The translations under genes were made by a program, and so were the position numbers. DNA of 63,554 nucleotides, filler included, from Bipalium vagum (Eukaryota), in NCBI GenBank assembly GCA_037834085.1. It is 3 parts of 3 records of this genome, joined end to end, with 100 filler letters (N's around TTAATTAATTAA, not from the genome) between each part and the next. Parts side by side here need not be neighbours in the genome. Positions count along the whole stretch, not along the records: positions 1 to 18,289 come from JBBMKC010033757.1; positions 18,390 to 46,759 come from JBBMKC010054665.1; 1 more part is not named here. The stretch is one strand, 5' to 3'. Every line of letters begins with the position of its first letter. Position 1 is the stretch's first letter. The notes beneath the pieces were generated by a model. The model was not told where the DNA came from and did not search any database. It worked only from the letters and a program-made list of their open reading frames with translations. Below, in pieces: positions 11,442 through 23,648 of the stretch.

Positions 11442-13422
11442 CAGTCGAACCTCTATTTAACGACACCCCAAGGGACCGAAGGAAAGTGTCGTTAAATAGA
11501 GGATTTTTAAGAAATTTTGTTTCTAATTACGTAAATGATAAAAATCGAGAGATTTTACATAAAATATAACAAAAAGAATATACAAAACAATTTATTATAA
11601 TTAATTTTTATTAAAATCAAATAAAGTTGTTTGTTTCATTTCTTTTAATCGATTTTTAGAAATAATATCATGAAGCTTGTCACACGCATTAATTATCACT
11701 GGATCATCAACATTTTCTTGCATATAACGTCGCACAATTTCCATAGCTTTAAATGCTGCCTTACGTAAAACAAGAGGTAATTCTGATTTATCTAAATCAC
11801 CACTCATTTTTATTTTCTTCATCATTCACCGATGCCATGATTTCATCTATGGTCATGACACCAAACCAAATATTGATCGGCTGCAATATACATGTCCAAA
11901 GTAATCTCGGTAGATATTGTTTCCAATTCTTTTAAATTTTGAAAAAGCACCGAAACTTCATCATTTGTATTTGTTTCATCTGATAAATCTTGGCAATCCA
12001 TAAATTTTGCTTTATGAAAACAATTCTTGATAGTATTTGATGTTACGGCTTCCCATGTACGGCGAAGAAAGTTCAAAGCATCAAGAATATTAATTGTCGA
12101 TGAATTTTCATTGTCCATTGAACTGACTTTTTTGCGCGACAACAAACGTTTATAAATGGTTTTCAGATTTTGGATGATTCCTTGATCCATGGGCTGTGCT
12201 TCAGCCGAGGTAATCGGTAAAAAAAACTTTAAATTGATGTTATCCAAATGTACATTTGGTTGATGTGCAGAACAGTTGTCAATATAAAGCAAAATTTTTC
12301 CATTATCTATTTTAAGTTTTGTATTCATTCTTTGAGCCATTTTTCAAAAAGACTGGCAGTCATTCATGCTTTACTATTGGAAACATATTTTAGTGGAATC
12401 TTTGTATTTTTAAAGCATCTTGCATTTTCTGATTTGCCAATAATGAACAAAGGCGACTTTTTATTTCCAGTCATATTAGCACCAACCAAAACTGTTATTC
12501 TCTCTTTACTCATTTTTCCTGTCGTACATTGTTCTCCTGTGAAAGCCAGAGTCTTTTTCGTCAACAGTTTCCAGAAAAGACCAGTTTCGTTTACGTTGAA
12601 TACATCATTTGGATGATATTACCAAATATTTTCTTGGAGCACATCTTGCTGCCAATTATTGAGATCAATTATATTAATTGAACCAGCCTCTCCTTGATAA
12701 GACTTGAAGACGATGGAATGACGTTGCAAAAACTTTTGAAGCCATCCGTTGCTTGCCTGAAAGTCGTTTATCTTTAAAGCTGTTGCAAGAGTTCTGGCTT
12801 TTTCCTGTAAAGAAGGCCAGTGACTGGAATGTTGTGGTTTTTAGATTGTTTAAACCACATTAGAATCGCCTGATCGAGACATTCATGTCGACTTTGAAAT
12901 ATTCTTTTTCGTTTTAGTCCATTACCATCTACCATAGTGGCACTTTCGACCGACGTCTTGGAATTTAGAATCCCAATAATGGTGGTTCTGGGAAATCCAA
13001 AAGGTTTGGCCAATTCTGTATGGCTAGAATTCTTAGATGCAGCTTCTGTAATCTGTTTTTCTCATACAATGCCAAGATGCGTCTCTTTAAATGTTTTGGC
13101 TTCATTACACGGGACTCTATTTCTAAAAATATAAATGAACTAAATATAAATAATTATTAATAAATAGTGATAAATCAATAAATAATACATAAATCATAAT
13201 TTGAAATTTTTGCATAATGATTTTTAAAAATTAAAACAAATTGAGTGTCGTTAAATAAAGGTTAAATTTAATGTAAATGTTTATTTGTTATTAAAAATAA
13301 TGTTGTTAAAAAGGGGTTGTCGTTAAATAGAGGTTTTATTTAAGGTTTTCCTTTACCTTTTTCGCCGGGACCGCGCTCAAGCGTAGTTAAATAGATGATG
13401 TCGTTAAATGGAGGTTCGACTG
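11442..13422 (-). mobile_element. Full-length pogo/Tigger DNA transposon with disrupted transposase
   Basis: 24-bp TIRs CAGTCGAACCTC(T/C)ATTTAACGACA, TA duplications at 11440-41 and 13423-24, subterminal TGTCGTTAAATAGAGG repeats. ORF pieces give CENP-B HTH (LDQAILMWFKQ), SKERITVLVGANMTG, LLYIDNCSAH, QPMDQGIIQNLK. Confidence 0.95.
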
Positions 13423-13849
13423 TAATATAAAATTCATTAAACAAGGTCTCATATTTATATGAAAAATGACAAAAAAATTTAATAGCAGCAAATATTTCGG
13501 AAGTAAAATTGTGAAATATTTTTAAGTAAATTAAAATTAAAATAAATCTCAACTGTAAATTTGTAAAATTAGAAGCTGATCTGTAAAATATTTCATTGAC
13601 AGTGTCTAAGTAAGCGTGGTTAACGTTATTTTCAAAAATTAAGCATCATGCGTATTGAATATTTGAAATAATCAATAAACAAATTTTTTTCTTATGTCAC
13701 TAAAAAATGAGTACCTTCATTCAAAATAGGTCGCACAGACATTTTTAAGGAACCACTAACTATTCCGGCTAAGGAAAATATCAATTATATAAATGATATA
13801 GTAATGGATGACAAATGATTATTTTTGTGTGCAATTTCTCTGGTTATGG

Positions 13850-13990
13850 ATATATCATCTGAACGGATGTTTCTTGAAGAAGAATTAGCTTGGGAAAGCT
13901 ATGAACAATGAGTTCCGCGTTTATTAACCTAAGATAAAAAAAGATAAAACTTTCTCAGCTTTAAAACTGGTTTAGAAAAAACCTGACTTC
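13850..13990 (+). mobile_element. Small mariner transposase remnant
   Basis: (W>*)VPRLLT(Q>*)DKK, the mariner WVPxxL motif. Confidence 0.4.
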
Positions 13991-14331
13991 ATCCGTTCGA
14001 ACAAATATATCTTAAGTAATTTTATTTTAAATAATAAAATTATTTTTAAACATTAAAGTATTTTTTCTTTGTTAGACTAAAAAGTTTTCGATTAGCCTAC
14101 TAAACACGAAAGTTAAATATTTCTAAACCTACTTAAATTTTTGGTCTTTGAATATTTTTTTAAAAATTGATTAAATAAACATTTTGTTAAAAATTTTTTT
14201 TATTTTCTTTTTACCCATTTACAATATTTATAAAGGAAAAAATTTTTACTTTCTGGTTTCAAAAATAAAGCAAATATTTTTAATAATCGACATTGCATTT
14301 CAATAATCTAATCTTAATTTTTCATGTTAAG

Positions 14332-14508
14332 TTCTAAACGACAATAACGGTGTTTTATACAAGCCAGTTCGATACTTTCCAAAAGGTGAACGTGAAATAA
14401 AATTTTATCAAATGGTTTTTAACGAGAAATCTGTTGATCCAGTTGCTATAAGTCTAAGAAAATTCATACCGAAATTTTTGGGAATTTTTAGTTCCAAAGA
14501 TCCATTAA
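14332..14508 (+). CDS. IPMK: Single internal exon of inositol polyphosphate multikinase (IPK family); flanking exons not found
   Basis: AAG| acceptor, |GTTAGT donor, phase 1-1, 177 nt, no stop. Reads xLNDNNGVLYKPVRYFPKGEREIKFYQMVFNEKSVDPVAISLRKFIPKFLGIFSSKDPL, colinear with the recalled IPMK segment ILQHPDGTVLKQLQPPPRGPRELEFYNMVY...LRKYLPKYYGIW. Confidence 0.8.
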
Positions 14509-15079
14509 GTTAGTTTTTGCTTTAATTGTAAGAGTAAAACATAAAATTAGTTCTCTTTTTGGAAATCCTTTGAGATTGTGCGCATTTATCCAATCTATTT
14601 ATATCTAAATTTCCTTTATTTTTTTTTAAAATTTAATATAATTTTTATTTATTGGTCATTCAAATAAATAAAAACAAATATTTTATATTCTAATATTCTA
14701 TTATATTTAAAATTTACAAGCACTAAAACATTTTTGACATGAAATTTTTTGTAATAATTGATCAAAAGAACTGTAAAAATACTCAGTCCTGTGCTATAAA
14801 TTTTATGCATATTTAATTTTGAATGTATTATGAATTTCATCAAGGAAATAAATTCAGTAAAACGTGTTAATCAAATTAGAAAATTCTTGGCATATCAGAA
14901 ATTTCAGTCAGGTAGACAATACTAAAAAGAGAATTTTGAAAAAATTATTCTTTAAAAATTGACTTTAAATTTTAAATTATCTTGTAAACTAATTGCAATA
15001 ACACTTTTCAACTGATTATATGAGGCGGTTGAAGACTAGCAAAATACTGGAAATAAGTTTCTTATAATAAGTAAAACTT

Positions 15080-15500
15080 GTAATCAATTTTGAAAGTCTT
15101 TATTTTGAAGAATCTTTATGGGTATTGAAAATTGAATACATAACAGTAAACCTTTAAAAAGTGTTTTGTAAGTCCTGTTTATCATTAATAGTAACTTAGT
15201 GGGAAATGTCTTCGTTAAATTTTTAACCGATAACAATAATGTGATATACTTTATGTAGTAATCAGACATTTAGAATAGAACTACAGTACGTAGGTATGGA
15301 AAGGCTAAACATTGTTTCATAGAAAAAACATGCTGTAATGAATGTTGGTTTGGTGATCCTTTAACATTTATTGAATATTTCCCAACAAATTTTGTTAGAT
15401 ATTCAATTCCAATTAAGAATTGCCTTTCTAACATAGCCGAATGACTTCATATTTTCCATGTATAAACAAAATTCACGATATGAAATATCTTTAAAGCAAC
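15080..15500 (-). mobile_element. Highly degenerate non-LTR retrotransposon (CR1/L2-like RT C-terminus)
   Basis: YCSSI...SDYYIKYITLLLSVKNLTK resembles YCSPVWSPYYIKDIxLLExVQRxFTK; many disruptions. Confidence 0.35.
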
Positions 15501-15563
15501 TATGTTAACTAAGCTCAATATACTGCAAATTAAATATGTTACTCAGACATTTTTAGATTCTCA

Positions 15564-16802
15564 CAGGGTTGTCTAAAAAGTTTCTGCCGATTTTGTTAAT
15601 AGACGGTGAAAATGTTCTTTATGTAGTTTCATTGAAACTGATTTTGTTTTAATATATCATTTTATAATTTATCATAATCATTGTCATTAAAAAAATTTAA
15701 AAAGTAGGCATTTTGATTAATTAATAAAATTTTATTCATCTTTAGAAATGGATATAAATAAAGAAGAAATGCGATACATAATGAAATTTTATTTCTTGAA
15801 AGATAAAAATGCTACACATGTAACTAAAAAGATTAATGCTGTTTATGAAGCGGATACTGTTTCGGATAGAACAGTTCATGAATGATTTTTGTGTCAAAGA
15901 TGCACCTCGTTCTGGCCGACCAATCTGTGAAAAAGTCGATAAAATAATTAGGAAGGTTGAAGAAGACAGGAATAAAAGCAGCCACGAAATAGCTCAGGAA
16001 TTGGGGATTCATCATCAAACAGTTTTAAATCATTTAGAGAAATGTGGATATATAAAGAAACTGGGTGTATGGATACCGCATAATTTGACTGAAACGAATT
16101 TGAAAGACCGAATTTCAATATGCCAAACATTTTTGAATAAAAACATGGTTGATCCATTTTTTTTAAACGTCTTATTACATGTGACGAAAATGGATCAAGT
16201 ACGATAATAGCATTCGAAAAAGGTCTTGGACAAAATGTGGTATGACCTCACAAACTGTGACGAAACCAAAAATGACTTTAAGGAAGTTAATGCTCTGTGT
16301 CTGGGAATAGTCCATTATGAATTACTCCAACCAGGACAAAAAATAAACTGTCAACAGTTGACAAGAGTACATCAGGAAATTGAAAGAAAGCGTCCCGAAT
16401 TAATAAATAGGAAAGGCGTTGTGTTTCACCATGACAACGCCAGATCACATGTATCTTTCATGACTCAGCAAAAATTGAGGAATCTTGATTGGGAAATTTT
16501 GTTGCATCCTCCATATAGTCTTGGTATAGCACCGCCAGACTCATCTTTTTCGCTAATTGCAGAACTCCCTTAATGGTTTAAAATTAAATTCAAAAGAGGA
16601 TTGCGAAAAATACTTATCTCACTTTTTTGCCAATAAATCTAAAAAATTTTAGTTAATGAATTTTGGCTTTACCAAAAAAATGGCAAGACATTGTCGATCA
16701 AAATGGCAATTATGTAATTTAATAAAATTTTCATTTCAACTTATTTTTTTAAACTTTTTTATTTTATTAATAAAATCGGCGGAAACTTTTTAGACTACCC
16801 AA
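15564..16802 (+). mobile_element. Mariner (DD34D, mellifera-subfamily-like) copy A, pseudogenised
   Basis: TIR ..GGGT(T/A)GTCTAAAAAGTTTC.GCCGATTTT at both ends, TA at 16803-04. Transposase pieces DAPRSGRP, WIPHNL, FHHDNAR, HPPYS. Confidence 0.93.
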
Positions 16803-16849
16803 TAAATATACAATAATTAAACAATGAAAAAACGTATAAAATAGTTGAT

Positions 16850-17850
16850 TCAGTGGTTTTAAGACATAAATCAAATGTTAATTGTCTCGCTTTTGATGTA
16901 TTGTTCAAAATGATACATTGTATCTGGATTTCCAGATGATTAAAGTATTTCCACTTTTTGACATTTCTTAACAAAAATGATTGAATCATTTTAATGAGTT
17001 TAAAGCCATGTCTTTACTAATAATCATCAATTCTGATTCAGCTTTTTTATGCTAATATTACATACTCACTTTTATATCTTTGTCTTTGTGAAACAATTAA
17101 TAATTGTGTCACGCGTAATCATCTCCCATGATTCTTTCAGTAAGCGCATAACACCTAATAAATATATCTGTTTTACCAAATGAATTTGAGGCATAACCTG
17201 TTCAACCGATTTCAATGTTGCCGGAAGCTTAAAAATAATTTAGCGTCGATAATTAAATTTAAAAGCACGAATTATAACATAGTCACATGATTAAATCTGT
17301 GAGATAAATTGAAAGTTAGTCGGGGGATTACTCAGGATTACACAGGGGATTAGTGCTGTGCAATTACCAAGTATGAGATAAATTTCCAGTTTATTAAAAA
17401 AGCCTCAAGATTTCATGTACCAAGCCAACTTTCAAATCAATGGTTTATAATTATACTTGTAATCAACAGGCAAAGTTTTCAAACCAGAGACACAATAAGG
17501 AATATTTGACTTACCTATCATTAATATAGAGCGTTTCTCACCCAACATACTAGCACAGAATTATAATCAAGTCCTTCACAATTCTCCGACGAGTTCCATT
17601 GTAACGTTTAAGTACTTCAGTAAAAACATGTGACATCCAAACTTCAGCAGCATTGAAATCGGGATCGACTTTTCCACCTTGAAATCTTTTATAAACAATA
17701 AAATATTATATTTCCCATCGATCTACCAACCATTAGTTAGAGAAATTTTATCAAGCCCTTCAAAAATGTAATAAATTTTTAAAATGTCATTTCCTTTTAT
17801 TTAAATTTGACTGATTTGTAAACCAGTCCCAGGTTGATCAAAATAACCAT
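16850..17850 (-). mobile_element. Degenerate pogo/Tigger transposase remnant
   Basis: Ordered motifs WDWFTNQ, NGW, CASMLGEKRSILMIGKSNIP, LILGNCTA, IIRAFKFNYRR, VMRLLKESWEMITRDTIINCF. Confidence 0.8.
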
Positions 17851-18289
17851 TAACGTCTAGAAATGTTATTTTCAAAAATCAAGGACAAAAGTGCTCATGA
17901 TTAGCATTCATAAATCTTAATATTATATTGAATTGAAAATTAATTTGATGTATCACTTCTTAAATCAGAATCAAAAAAATAATCCACGAGTAATATTTTT
18001 CATTGTTTAACAATATGAAAAGATATATATAGAAATAGAAAAGAATATATACGTTCTCACCAAGTGCTTGTATGATGTTACAGGTTGTCTAAGCAGTGGA
18101 ATGGTTCGCTTGAACTCATGATATTCTAATTTTTTCAGAATTCATGGTCATTTTAAAAATTTTTTTAATAATCAATAATAAATTTAGTAAAAAAACGTAC
18201 TAATAATTTTAAGAGGTGTACCGGAAAAAAATGCAGATTTTTGGGACAAACAAAAAACGAAAATTTCAAATGATACATAAAAATATTTT

Positions 18290-18389
18290 NNNNNNNNNNN
18301 NNNNNNNNNNNNNNNNNNNNNNNNNNNNNNNNNTTAATTAATTAANNNNNNNNNNNNNNNNNNNNNNNNNNNNNNNNNNNNNNNNNNNN
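18290..18389. other. Assembly gap with artificial linker (N44-TTAATTAATTAA-N44)
   Basis: Exactly 100 bp; the 12-mer puts stops in all six frames; identical structure at 46760-46859. Confidence 0.97.
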
Positions 18390-18519
18390 TATTGAAATTT
18401 TTGGACCAAGAATTTTATTTTTTATATGAAAATATCGAGAAATATGATAAGTACAAATTATTGGTCTAAATATGGAGTTTGATCCGATTATAGAAGTGGT
18501 CCATTTCAGAAATTGGTCC

Positions 18520-19771
18520 AAAATAGAAGTTGCACTGTAAGTATGATCCTGATTCCATATTTAATTGTGATGAAACTGCTCTATTTTTAAAAAAATCTCC
18601 TTCAAAAAAGCTTATATCGAATCATAGAAAAGGAATCAAGACATTCAAGGATAGAGTAATAGTATTGTTATTCACAAACATCACAGGATCTATCAAAATG
18701 AAGCCATTAGTTATCGAAAAATTCAAAAAGTCCAAGATCATTAAAACACTTTAAATATTCTGAAATCTGTGACTAATATTTTAATAAATCAGTATGGATG
18801 ACAATAATTATTTTTAATGAATGGTTGATAAAATTTGATAGCATGCATACAAATAAAAATCAAAAAATACTTCTTATATTAGACAATTGTCCAGTGCATC
18901 GTGTCTGTGTTCAAACTCATTTTATTGAAATACATTTTATACCAATAAATTCAACTACTAATACTCACCCTCTTGATGGCGGTATAATTAAAAGTTTTAA
19001 AACCAAATATCTTCATTTTCTGATTTCTAGTGCTGTGTTAAAAATGAATAAAGGCATTCATGAAAGACTTTCATTCAAAGAGTTTACTATCAAAGATGCC
19101 ATTCTTTATATTAGTTGGTCTTGGAATACAGTGAAATCAGAAACAATTTCAAGTTGTTGGGAGCATGCAGAATATTATTTGGATAGTCCACTTCAAGAAG
19201 TAAATTTGTCATTTTAGATAGATTTAAATACCGAAAATTTGGAAATACAAGAAGCTATCAATATATTGAATATTCTTGATGCCATTGGACCTAATCAATT
19301 TATTGATGAATTCATTACGGAAAATGAAATTTTATTAGCTTTAAATAAATAAATAATAAAGATTTTTTAGAGGTTAATGATAAAATTTTTAAAATTAAAG
19401 ATCAAAGCAAAGAAGATAGTGAGCAGCAAGTATATTCAATCAACTTTGGACTTAAACATTTTAATAATTTGAAAAAGTTCATAACTAATGATGAAACAGC
19501 TAACATGAGTGTTTTAAGCGATCTTTCAGAATCAGAAATCTGGCTTCGAAAAAAATATTAAAAATTACTAAATCTAAAATAAGTGATTACTTTCAAATAA
19601 AGAATCAATGAAAATAAATTTTTATTTAGTGTTTATTTATTTTTTTTTAATTCCCACGATTTATTGTTATTTATTTCGATTTTTTTACCTCTATAATTTG
19701 CCACTCTCTATAAATTACCAATCTTTGAAATTTGTGTCCCTCAGTTTTGGTAAATTATAGAGGGTTGATTG
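18520..19771 (+). mobile_element. 3' portion of a pogo/Tigger element
   Basis: IFNCDETALF, KDRVIVLLFTNITG, LLILDNCPVH, HPLDGGIIKSFK; right end ...AATTATAGAGGGTTGATTG|TA with subterminal CTCTATAA repeats. Confidence 0.88.
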
Positions 19772-19849
19772 TATATTATATATACACATATTTCATAACA
19801 AATATACAAGTGGAATAAATTCTTGTCTCGCCAAGGGTTTTTCTATAAA

Positions 19850-20270
19850 CCGCCTCACGTTGCGAGAATAACCATTTAAATCGATATCGTCATGCATGAG
19901 TACTTGGATAATCAATTCTTTTAAATTGTTCCGATCCATAATGGTTCTCATAAAGAATGATACATGTATTTTCGACTTAAAGATACTAAAAAACTCTTCG
20001 ATCGAGTTTAGTTGAGGCGAGTATGGTGGGAGAAACTTCTAGTTTCATTACTGGAGTGGCCATAACTTCTGATTTGGTGAAAGTTTCATCTTGTAAATCT
20101 AAGTAAATCAGCGTACAGTTTTCAATGTACTCAATACCCTCGTATAAAGCTGTCTAGCCTCAATTTTTTTTACTATTATTTCTCTCATTGGGAACTCTGA
20201 CTAATCGCTTTCTGGTATAATTCAACTCACGTAAAATTCTTGAGACAGTACTTTGGCTGATTAAAATGAG
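19850..20270 (-). mobile_element. IS630-like / DD37E(TRT)-type Tc1-superfamily transposase remnant
   Basis: ISQSTVSRILRELNYTRKRLVRVPNERNN ... KFLPPYSPQLNSIEEFFSIFKSK. Confidence 0.75.
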
Positions 20271-20292
20271 ATCAAATTCAAATAGAAATAAT

Positions 20293-20388
20293 CGAATAAT
20301 TTTTCTATAAATTTTGAATAGGATTATATTTTTTGCATGGAATTATATATATTTTGAATATTTTTCTATATATTTCTGCATAAACCTG
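20293..20388 (-). mobile_element. Partial copy of the MITE at 37394-37617
   Basis: Reverse complement of that MITE's left ~95 bp, ending ...TTTCTGCATAAACCTG|TA. Confidence 0.75.
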
Positions 20389-20989
20389 TAAAATATTACT
20401 CAATAATTAAAAATTATTACTAATAATAATACAATAAAAGTAAATATTTTACATTAAGATTAATGAAATATTTTTTCATAAATTTTATTATATTTAATAA
20501 GGTTAAGTTATATTTTATTTTAGTATATTTAATATTTTTAAATTAAAATGATCAAGATTGATATGATCAGTTTTTTTAGTAGCTTAATGCTTTTTTTAAA
20601 GTTATAAATTTATCCAGTGAATTGTTTGGTCTAAAAATTTTGGAAAATGCTTACTTTAGTTGAAATGAAATATTTTTAATTTTTTTTCGATATTTGTCTT
20701 TTATTAATTTGTTTTATTATAAAACCTTCAAAATGACAACCAACTTAAATCAACAACGCAATTTCATCAAGATTCTCAAAGAGCCAAATTAATAAATGAC
20801 AACTATATTTCTGTGCTTCATCTTGATTTTATTCATTTTAAAATGTAATTAATTTTCATTGTGATTTTTTTTATTTTTTGATGGTTATTTTTTAATAAGA
20901 ATGATTGAATTATATTTTGATTTTTGGTGAACGATCAAAGAGTTTAAAAATAATAATTTTATTTTTTTATGAAAATAATAATAAAAGTA

Positions 20990-22267
20990 TTGGGTAGTCT
21001 AAAAAGTTTCCGCCGATTTTGTTAACAGACGGCGAAAATGTTCTTAATATAATTTGATTGAAATTCATTTTGTTTTATTATATCATTTTATAATTTATTA
21101 TAATCCTAGCATTCAAATAACTTAAAAAAGTAGGCATTTTAATTAATTAATAAAATTTTATTCATCTTTAGAAATGGATATAAGTAAAGAAGAAATGTGA
21201 TACATAATGAAATTTTATTTCTTGAAAGGTAAAAATGCTACACAGGTAACTAAAAAGATTAATGCTGCTTATGGAATGGATACTGTTTTGGATAGATTAG
21301 TCCGTGAATGATTCGCTAAATTATGTTCCAGAGATTTTGATGTCAAAGACGCACCTCGTTCTGGCCGATCAATCTGTGAAGAAGTCGATAAAATAATTAG
21401 GAATGTTGAAGAAGACAGGAATACAAGCGCTCAAGAAATAGCTCAGGAATTGGGGATTCATCATCAAACAGTTTTAAATCATTTGGAGAAATGTGGATAT
21501 ACAAAGAAACTGGATGTATGGATACCGCATAATTTGACTGAAAAGAATTTGAAAGACCGAAATTCAATATGCCAAACATTTTTGAATAAAAACATGATTG
21601 ATCCATTTTTGAAACGTCTTATTACATCTGACGAATAATGGATCAAGTACGATAATAACATACGAAAAAGGTCTTGGACAAATGTGGTATAATCTCACAA
21701 ACTGTGGCGAAACCAAAAATAACTTCAAGAAAGTTAAGGCTATGTGTCTAGTGGGATTCCAATGGAATAATCCATTATGAATTACTCCAACCAGGACAAA
21801 AAATAAACTCTGTTATCTACTGTGAACAGTTGGCAAGAGTACATCAGGAAATTGCAATAAAGCGTCCCGAATTAATCAATAGGATTGTTTTTCACTATGA
21901 CAAAGCCAGACCATATGTATCTTTCATGACGCATCAAAAATTGAGGGATCTTGATTGGGAAATTTTGTTGCATCCTCCATGATAGTCCTGATATAGCACC
22001 GTCAGACTACCATCTTTTTGCTCATTGCAGAACTCCCTTAATGGTGTAAAATTAAATTACAAAGAGGATTGCGAAAAACACTTATCTCACTTTGTTGCCA
22101 ATAAATCAAAAAAATTTTACAGTGACGGAATTTTGGCTTTACCAAAAAATGGCAAGACATTGTCGATCAAAATGGTAATTATTTAATTTAATAAAATTTT
22201 CAATTCGACTTTATTTTTCTAACTTTTTCATTTTACCAAAATTGGCGGAAACTTTTAGACTACCCAA
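20990..22267 (+). mobile_element. Mariner (DD34D, mellifera-subfamily-like) copy B, full length 1278 bp, pseudogenised
   Basis: TA|TTGGGTAGTCTAAAAAGTTTCCGCCGATTTT ... GGCGGAAACTTTTAGACTACCCAA|TA; highly similar to copy A; several in-frame stops. Confidence 0.95.
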
Positions 22268-23467
22268 TAATATATTAATAATAAAGAATTAAATAAAAAT
22301 AAAATAAACATTCCGTATCGTCATTTGAAATCCTTGGGAGCATCAGCGACAGAGGTCTAGAGAGCAAAAGAAGGAAGAAAATAAAAAATACTTTTACTTG
22401 TGGTAACAATTGGAGTTTTGAGATATAACATAAATTATAAATAATATAAATATACTATAAACAATGAAACCTTAAAATGATCGGATGTCCACGGTAGACT
22501 AAATCTAAAGATTAAACAAATAAAAATTTAGTAAACAATAAATAATAATAAAAATAATTTTTAAAAAATGTTGAAAAAGAGAAGTTATTTTTAAGTCCGC
22601 TCAGACCATAATTTGAATGAAAAAATTCAAATTCAAACACAGAAAACTTCTTTAAGTTAAAATATAAGAAATCAAAAATCAATATCTTCAAATTGTAATT
22701 CTTAATACGAAACCAATACTGTTCTTAATATGATTAACTTTTAATTGGCTTTTGAGAGTTTCTGATGATTTCATTAATTCCTTCTGAATCCTAAAAAAAG
22801 CTTATTTTTACAAATTAAATTAAGAATTATTTTAATTGAACTGCTTAAAATAACAATTATTTAAAATGACATAATAAAACAATTATATATATATAAAATT
22901 TTTAAATTAATTTTTTAAAAAATATTTTTGCACAAATAAATTTATATTACATTATGCCTAAATAACATAAATATCGAAAAAAATTTGATTTCGACTAAAG
23001 TAAACATTTTCCCTTTTCCCCTATTGATGACTTTTCAAAGTCTGAATTGTCACTCACTATTTATACCTATCTGTGCCTTAGGTCCGCTAAAACAAATATC
23101 GTTACGAATCCTGTCTGGTTTTTAAATTTTTTTTGCGAAATCTGAATTCTAACTTTTAAAATAAATTCAAATTATTTTTCTTTAGCTTTTTCTTATAGTT
23201 TTTTCAAAATTTATTTTTAGTTATTTTTTCCATTTTGTCAATTTTCACTTAAAATTTTTTAAATTAATTTTTATAAATATTTAAATAAATCTAAAAAAAC
23301 TCGTTTTAAAAATGTCTATTCTTATATCTAAAGTCGGAGTCATTATCCAATAAAAGTTTGATCATCAAAATCAAAATATCCAATATTTCGATTAATAAAT
23401 TGAATATTATTTTGTTTTATCTCATCAATTAAGACCTATGTAAATAATACCTATTTATATTATTTAG

Positions 23468-23534
23468 AAGCCATTTTGAATATATGGATGTCGGTGTATA
23501 ATTAATGTAAATATGCCAGCTTTTTAATCTACAG
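23468..23534 (+). other. Putative 5'-UTR exon of the GW182 gene
   Basis: TATTTAG| acceptor and CAG|GTACTA donor; 112-bp intron to the TTTTAG| acceptor at 23646, 2 nt before the ATG. Confidence 0.45.
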
Positions 23535-23648
23535 GTACTAGTTTGATAATTGCTATTTAATTAATTTTTAATTAAATTAATTCTGTTGAAAATTTATATT
23601 ATGAGAAAGTATTTTTATGATTTGTTTACCTAATTAAAAATTTTAGAA

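Noticed and set aside
17510-17860. Apparent small - strand exons with a strong GTAAGT donor
   Set aside because: The sequence reads through as pogo transposase motifs (MIGKSNIP etc.); the donor is coincidental.
18334-18345. Palindromic TTAATTAATTAA island between N runs (also 46804-46815)
   Set aside because: The identical N44-12-N44 layout occurs twice; it is an artificial six-frame-stop contig linker, not biology.
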